Origin: Archangiaceae bacterium
GTDB lineage: Bacteria; Myxococcota; Myxococcia; Myxococcales; Myxococcaceae
Length of the DNA: 13,080 nt
Direction: 5' to 3'
Assembly: GCA_043750125.1 (NCBI GenBank)
Contig: JAYVCD010000107.1
Span: forward strand, 1 to 13,080
The translations under genes were made by a program, and so were the position numbers. How positions within the stretch are numbered: the stretch's first letter is position 1; each line of letters opens with the position of its first letter. Under the pieces are notes generated by a model. The model was not told the DNA's origin. It was given only the letters and a program-made list of their open reading frames with translations, and made no database searches. Shown one piece after another: positions 8,457 to 13,080 of this stretch.

Positions 8457-9304
8457 TGGATCGCGCGTTCCTCGAGCAGCTGGGGATGAAGGTCGAGACG
8501 TCGGACGACGTAGTCGAGGCCGAGATCATGATCGCCAGCCCCCAGGCGTTCAACCCGCTCACCCGCCAGTTCGTGACCCACGCCCGCTTCATGGTGATGG
8601 GGGACAGGCTGATTCCGATCGACCCTCCCGAGCTGGTGGGCTGCACGCCGATCAACCTCGCCCACACCACCGGGGCCACCAACCTCGAAGACACGGTGGT
8701 CAAGTCGTTGGTCGATCACTGCCTTCACTTGTCTCGCCGAAGCTCCGAGCTGTCCGCGCTCGGCTTTACGCCCAAGGTCGACCCGATCACCCTGCAGCTG
8801 ACCACCGAGCTTCAGGTGGGCGAGATGAGCATCACCATCGGCACCGACCGGCTCGGCAACTTCCGCGTTCAGCGCGCCGCCCGCGCCGGAGTCGACCTCA
8901 CCGTTCCGGGCAGCCAGCTCTTCGAGCTGGCCGAGTTTCGCGAGAAGTCCGCGCTCGAGGCCTACCTCGGAGCGCTGTTCGGGGACGAAGCGGCCCGGGC
9001 TCCTGAACAGGCGACCGCAGTGGCCCAGGCGATCTCGCTCAAAGATCTCTTCACTGCCTTTGGAGCCGAGGGCAGTCTGCCTCCGACCAGCACGTTCGAG
9101 GTCCTGGCCGAGCTCAAAGTGGGCAACGAGCGCTACCGGTTTGCAGCGGCGCGCGTGACCGGACGAACATTCCGCGGCCTGCTCGCCGGGCCTCGGGGAA
9201 AAGTCTGGTCCGGCCGGTTCGAACTCGAGGCCTTCGAGGGGATCACCACCCTGGTCGCGCGCGTGACCGGTATCGCCCGCCACCTCATCGAGGTCGCTGC
9301 TTGA
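8456..9304 (+). CDS. Hypothetical protein (282 aa) with degenerate internal repeats
   Basis: Strong codon bias. TGATG overlap with the ACAD stop and TTGA overlap with meaB. No signal peptide, TM segment or recognised motif. Confidence 0.85.
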   Translation: MDRAFLEQLGMKVETSDDVVEAEIMIASPQAFNPLTRQFVTHARFMVMGDRLIPIDPPELVGCTPINLAHTTGATNLEDTVVKSLVDHCLHLSRRSSELSALGFTPKVDPITLQLTTELQVGEMSITIGTDRLGNFRVQRAARAGVDLTVPGSQLFELAEFREKSALEAYLGALFGDEAARAPEQATAVAQAISLKDLFTAFGAEGSLPPTSTFEVLAELKVGNERYRFAAARVTGRTFRGLLAGPRGKVWSGRFELEAFEGITTLVARVTGIARHLIEVAA

Positions 9305-10329
9305 GTGACCCGCGGGCCCTCGAAAGCCTCGCGCCCAGAATTCTCGCCGGGGACATCCGGGCGGCCTCGCGGCTGATGCGGATGATCGACGACGGGTCCG
9401 CAGGCGCCACCGCCGAGCTGCAAAAGATTTTTCCCCACACCGGCAAGGCGTACGTCATCGGAATCACCGGCTCGCCCGGGGCCGGAAAATCGACCCTCAC
9501 CGATCGCCTGATCGCCCACTACCGAAAGGCCGATCTGTCCGTGGGAGTGATCGCGGTGGATCCCACCAGCCCCTTTACCGGCGGCGCGATCCTCGGCGAT
9601 CGGATCCGGATGCAGAGCCACGCCACCGACCCGAAGGTCTTCATTCGCAGCCTCGCCACCCGCGGAAACTTAGGCGGCCTCTCTCGCGCGACCGGCGACT
9701 GCATTCGGGTGATGGACGCGATGGGCCGCCAGGTGATCATCGTCGAGACCGTCGGGGTAGGGCAGGACGAGATCGACATCGCGGGCCTCGCCCACACCAC
9801 GGTCGTCGTGCTGGTGCCGGGCATGGGCGACGACATTCAGGCGATCAAGGCGGGGATTCTCGAGGTCGCCGACGTCTTCGCGATCAACAAAGCCGACCTC
9901 GATGGGGCAGACCGGGTGGTGCGCGAGCTCAACGCGATGCTCGAGCTGCGGCACGCCATTCGGGCCCAGCCCCTGGACCACGATGCCCACCACAAGCTGA
10001 CGAGCCTGGGAAAGCAGGAACGCGACGATCGCGAGTGGGAACCCCCGATTCAAAAGGTGGTCGCCGCCCGCGATCAGAAGGTCGATCTGTTGGCCGCGGC
10101 GATTCAGAAGCACCGCGACTGGCTCGACCGCACCGGGAACAAGATCGTCCGCGAGCAGTCCCGGGCCGGGACCCAGTTCGTCGCTTTGCTGCGCGATCGA
10201 TTGCTCGCCGCCGGGCTGGCCCGGCTCGAGCGCAAGAAGGGCAATCTGGCCGATGTGTCCCGACGCATCGCTGAAAGAACCGTCGACCCGTACCAACTGG
10301 CCGACGAGCTCGCGAATGAGGCGCAATGA
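9301..10329 (+). CDS. meaB: MeaB/ArgK/MMAA G3E GTPase (acyl-CoA mutase chaperone)
   Basis: GITGSPGAGKST P-loop, AVDPTSPFTGGAILGDRIRM, FIRSLATRGNLGGLS, VETVGVGQDE, GDDIQAIKAGILE and NKAD; TTG start. Confidence 0.95.
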   Translation: MSDPRALESLAPRILAGDIRAASRLMRMIDDGSAGATAELQKIFPHTGKAYVIGITGSPGAGKSTLTDRLIAHYRKADLSVGVIAVDPTSPFTGGAILGDRIRMQSHATDPKVFIRSLATRGNLGGLSRATGDCIRVMDAMGRQVIIVETVGVGQDEIDIAGLAHTTVVVLVPGMGDDIQAIKAGILEVADVFAINKADLDGADRVVRELNAMLELRHAIRAQPLDHDAHHKLTSLGKQERDDREWEPPIQKVVAARDQKVDLLAAAIQKHRDWLDRTGNKIVREQSRAGTQFVALLRDRLLAAGLARLERKKGNLADVSRRIAERTVDPYQLADELANEAQ

Positions 10330-11078
10330 AACTCACGTCCGAAGAGCGCCTGGCCGCGCTGCAGACCCGGCTCGGCATCGACCTGGGCGATCGCCCCCTC
10401 GCGCTGTGCGCCCTCACCCACAAGAGCTACTGCAACGAGCACCGGGACGAAGAGTGCCTCGACAACGAGCGGCTCGAGTTCCTGGGTGACGCAGTCGTCG
10501 ACCTGGCGATCAGCCATCGACTGATGGAACGGTTCCCCAACGCCAGCGAGGGTGAGCTGTCGAAGCTGCGGGCGCTGATCGTCAACGAAGAAGCGCTGGC
10601 GAAAATCGCGCGGAAAATCGGCCTCGGCGACCTGTTGCTGCTGGGCCGTGGCGAAGAGCTGACCGGGGGCCGCGAGAAGAGCTCGGTGCTCGCCGACGCC
10701 CTCGAAGCGGTGGTCGGAGCGATCTACCGGTCGGGAGGGATGAGCCGAATCATGGAGCTGGTCGACCGGTTCTTCACCGAGATCCTCGACGGGGTGGCCG
10801 ACGGCCGCGCGGGCCAGGACTACAAGACGATGCTTCAAGAAGACGTTCAGGACCGCCTGCGCGTCTCGCCCCGCTACCGGGTGGTGGCCGAAAGCGGCCC
10901 GGATCACGAGAAGATCTTCGAGGTGGAAGTGACCATCGGGAACGAGACTTTCGCCCGCAGCACGGGACGATCGAAGAAGGAAGCCGAACAGGCAGCCGCC
11001 CAGAAAACGTTGGCGATGTTTCAGGAACCTGCCGAGGCAGGCGAAAAACCCGTTGGAGGCACCGGCGGCGCGAAATAG
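10326..11078 (+). CDS. rnc: Ribonuclease III
   Basis: NERLEFLGDAVV signature and ADALEAVVGAIY, plus a C-terminal dsRBD (DYKTMLQE..GPDHEKIF..GRSKKEAEQAAA). Confidence 0.97.
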   Translation: MKLTSEERLAALQTRLGIDLGDRPLALCALTHKSYCNEHRDEECLDNERLEFLGDAVVDLAISHRLMERFPNASEGELSKLRALIVNEEALAKIARKIGLGDLLLLGRGEELTGGREKSSVLADALEAVVGAIYRSGGMSRIMELVDRFFTEILDGVADGRAGQDYKTMLQEDVQDRLRVSPRYRVVAESGPDHEKIFEVEVTIGNETFARSTGRSKKEAEQAAAQKTLAMFQEPAEAGEKPVGGTGGAK

Positions 11079-11090
11079 GTTGCGCCCGCC

Positions 11091-11747
11091 ATGAACAAGA
11101 AAGCCTTCGTCGTCCTCGTTGCGTTGCTGCCGACCGTTGCCGCGGCAGATGGGAAGTTCACCGCGTTGGCCACCAAGGGGGCCGACCTCTGGGCGACGAT
11201 GAAGACCAACCAGGGCGACATCGTGCTGAAGCTGTTCTCGAAAGACGCTCCGAAGACCGTCGCCAACTTCGTCGGCCTCGCCACCGGCGAGAAAGAATGG
11301 ACGGCGAAAGGCGGGAAGAAGATGGTCGGGGTGCCGCTCTACAACGGGGTCATCTTTCACCGCGTGCTGCCCGACTTCATGATCCAGGGGGGAGACCCGG
11401 GAGGAACGGGCGAGGGCAACCCGGGCTACACCTTCGAGGACGAATTTCAGAGCAACCGCAAGTTCGACAAGGTCGGACTGCTCGCGATGGCCAACTCGGG
11501 GCCCGGCACCAACGGGTGCCAATTCTTCATCACCACCTCGACTCCGATGTACCTCAACAATCGCCACACCATTTTCGGCGAGGTCGTCAGTGGCTACGAG
11601 AACGCAGTGAAGATTAGCCAAGTCCCCCGCGGCGCGAAGGACCGGCCTGAGAGCGAAGTGAAGATCAGCAAGATCATCATCACCGATAAGGCGCCCGCGC
11701 TTCCCGCGCCTGCCCCCGCCCCCGCTTCCAAGGAGAAACCGCTTTGA
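11091..11747 (+). CDS. Cyclophilin-type peptidyl-prolyl cis-trans isomerase 1, with Sec signal peptide (periplasmic)
   Basis: Signal MNKKAFVVLVALLPTVAAA; motifs APKTVANFVGLA, FHRVLPDFMIQGGD, LAMANSGPGTNGCQFFIT and HTIFGEV; Pro/Ala-rich C-tail. Confidence 0.93.
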   Translation: MNKKAFVVLVALLPTVAAADGKFTALATKGADLWATMKTNQGDIVLKLFSKDAPKTVANFVGLATGEKEWTAKGGKKMVGVPLYNGVIFHRVLPDFMIQGGDPGGTGEGNPGYTFEDEFQSNRKFDKVGLLAMANSGPGTNGCQFFITTSTPMYLNNRHTIFGEVVSGYENAVKISQVPRGAKDRPESEVKISKIIITDKAPALPAPAPAPASKEKPL

Positions 11748-12376
11748 GTCTTCGTCTGATGGGTCTGGCCGGACTGGTCCTGATCGCCGGCTGCAAGAAC
11801 GAGCCGACTTCCCACAACGGCGCCAGTGGCCCGTGGATCAACAAGGCCCTGGCCGGAAGCGACATCTACGCCACCTTCAAGACCACCCAGGGCGAGATCG
11901 TGGTGAAGCTGTTCTCGAAAGACGCCCCCAAGACGGTGGCGAACTTCGTCGGGCTGGCCAGCGGCGAGAAGCCCTGGACCCACCCGACGACCCGCGCGAC
12001 CATGACGGTGTCGCTGTACCGGGGGACGATCTTCCACCGGGTGATCGACAACTTCATGATCCAGGGCGGAGACCCCGTCGGCACCGGGCGCGGAGACCCT
12101 GGCTATCGGTTCGAGGACGAATTTCAAAGCGGCCGCAAGTTCGACAAGGTCGGGATCCTCGCGATGGCCAACTCGGGCCCCAACACCAACGGCTCGCAGT
12201 TCTTCATCACCACCTCGATGCCCCTGGCGCTGAACAACAAGCACACCATCTTTGGCGAGGTCGTGAAGGGCTACGACGTGGTCGAGAAGATTTCCCAGGT
12301 CGAACGCGACGCTCTGGACAAGCCGAAGGTCGACGTGGTGCTGACCGATGTGATGCTTTCCGATACCCAGCAGTAA
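11744..12376 (+). CDS. Cyclophilin-type PPIase 2, predicted lipoprotein
   Basis: MSLRLMGLAGLVLIAG-C lipobox (Cys at 11792-11794); FHRVIDNFMIQGGD and AMANSGPNTNGSQFFIT. The TTG start overlaps the upstream TGA; alternative start ATG 11759. Confidence 0.9.
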   Translation: MSLRLMGLAGLVLIAGCKNEPTSHNGASGPWINKALAGSDIYATFKTTQGEIVVKLFSKDAPKTVANFVGLASGEKPWTHPTTRATMTVSLYRGTIFHRVIDNFMIQGGDPVGTGRGDPGYRFEDEFQSGRKFDKVGILAMANSGPNTNGSQFFITTSMPLALNNKHTIFGEVVKGYDVVEKISQVERDALDKPKVDVVLTDVMLSDTQQ

Positions 12377-12407
12377 AACCCCAACGTTTGAAAGAAAAGG
12401 CACCCTC

Positions 12408-12959
12408 ATGACCATGATGGAAGAGGCCCGCGCGGGCCACGACCTGTACGCGTCCTTCGAGTTGACCGAAGGCACTGTGGTGGTTCGCCTCCTTGCGAAG
12501 GACGCTCCGAAGACGGTCGAGAACTTCGTCGGGCTGGCGACCGGAGAGAAGGACTGGACCCACCCCGCGACCGAGACGGCGATGAAGGCCACTCCGCTGT
12601 ACGACGGCACCGTGCTGCACCGCTGCATTCCCAACTTCATGATCCAGGGCGGCGATCCGCTCGGGCGGGGCACGGGAGGGCCGGGGTTCCGCTTCGAGGA
12701 CGAGGTGACCTCGGGCCGGAAGTTCGACAAGCCGGGGATTCTTGCGATGGCGAACAGCGGGCCGGGCACCAACGGGTCTCAGTTCTTCATTACCGTGGTG
12801 GCCACCCCCTGGCTCAACAACCGCCACACCATCTTCGGTGAGGTGGTAAGCGGCCAGGACGTGATCGACCGGATCGCGAACATCGTCCCGAAGGATTCGG
12901 GCGACCGGCCGAAGACTGAGATCAAGCTGAAGAAGTTGAAGATCTCCAACAAGCCCTGA
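12408..12959 (+). CDS. Cyclophilin-type PPIase 3, cytoplasmic
   Basis: No signal peptide; LHRCIPNFMIQGGD and AMANSGPGTNGSQFFITVVATPWLNNRHTIFGEV; purine-rich AAAGAAAAGG upstream. Confidence 0.93.
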   Translation: MTMMEEARAGHDLYASFELTEGTVVVRLLAKDAPKTVENFVGLATGEKDWTHPATETAMKATPLYDGTVLHRCIPNFMIQGGDPLGRGTGGPGFRFEDEVTSGRKFDKPGILAMANSGPGTNGSQFFITVVATPWLNNRHTIFGEVVSGQDVIDRIANIVPKDSGDRPKTEIKLKKLKISNKP

Positions 12960-12976
12960 CCCGCTTTCGGGTGGGT
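12959..12976 (+). other. Stem-loop with UUCG loop immediately after the PPIase 3 stop
   Basis: ACCCGCT-TTCG-GGTGGGT forms a 7-bp stem with two G-U pairs; no U-tract follows. Confidence 0.45.
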
Positions 12977-13014
12977 GACGAAATACGCTTTTCGAAGAGA
13001 GGCACAGCCCACAG

Positions 13015-13080
13015 ATGTCTCCTTCGCATCGAAGCGGCTTCGCAGCGCTGATCGGCCGACCCAACGTCGGCAAGAGCACG
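13015..13080 (+). CDS. era: GTPase Era, 5' end (truncated by window; not in ORF track)
   Basis: ATG 13015 gives MSPSHRSGFAALIGRPNVGKST, the diagnostic Era N-terminus and G1 motif. GAGAGG SD lies upstream, and the gene is downstream of rnc. Confidence 0.92.
   Translation, partial: MSPSHRSGFAALIGRPNVGKST

Noticed and set aside
11691..11730. GCCCCC-type repeats at the end of PPIase 1
   Set aside because: They simply encode a Pro/Ala linker tail (APALPAPAPAPA) and are not an independent DNA repeat element.
5050..12772. Long antisense ORFs (5050..6354, 7299..8327, 8417..9283, 10104..11621, 11594..12772)
   Set aside because: Codon-registered mirror frames of conserved plus-strand genes, with no independent coding evidence.
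1..13080. Defence system, prophage, transposon, CRISPR array, tRNA or rRNA
   Set aside because: No nuclease, integrase, transposase, RT or cas motifs, no regular repeat-spacer pattern and no obvious compositional island. The TerB-like and cNMP domains alone are not sufficient to call a defence system.

Overview
GC-rich (roughly 65-67% by eye) bacterial chromosome segment, most likely from a myxobacterium (Myxococcota); the crotonase closely resembles Myxococcus xanthus LiuC as I recall it. Left to right: the 3' end of an apparently frameshifted hypothetical gene; a stand-alone cyclic-nucleotide-binding protein; a secreted protein that looks like a zinc-less gluzincin/DUF4932-type pseudo-peptidase; a DedA membrane protein; a ~230-bp scar made of two head-on truncated gene starts (GNAT-like on +, PPOX/MSMEG_1061-like on -); and a minus-strand membrane-anchored protein with the architecture (Tim44-like + Zn ribbon) x2 + tandem TerB-like. 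A divergent, tightly packed plus-strand run follows: liuC (crotonase), liuB-like carboxyltransferase, acyl-CoA dehydrogenase, an internally repeated hypothetical protein, meaB, rnc, three tandem cyclophilins (secreted, lipoprotein, cytoplasmic) and the start of era. I see no rRNA, tRNA, CRISPR array or mobile element. The region is mostly housekeeping. The best leads for something undescribed are the compartment-split cyclophilin triplet inside rnc-era, the Tim44/Zn-ribbon/TerB protein, the pseudo-peptidase-DedA-cNMP cluster and a recurring TA motif 13-16 nt upstream of starts that lack a Shine-Dalgarno sequence. All family calls come from motif recognition by eye; no searches were run.
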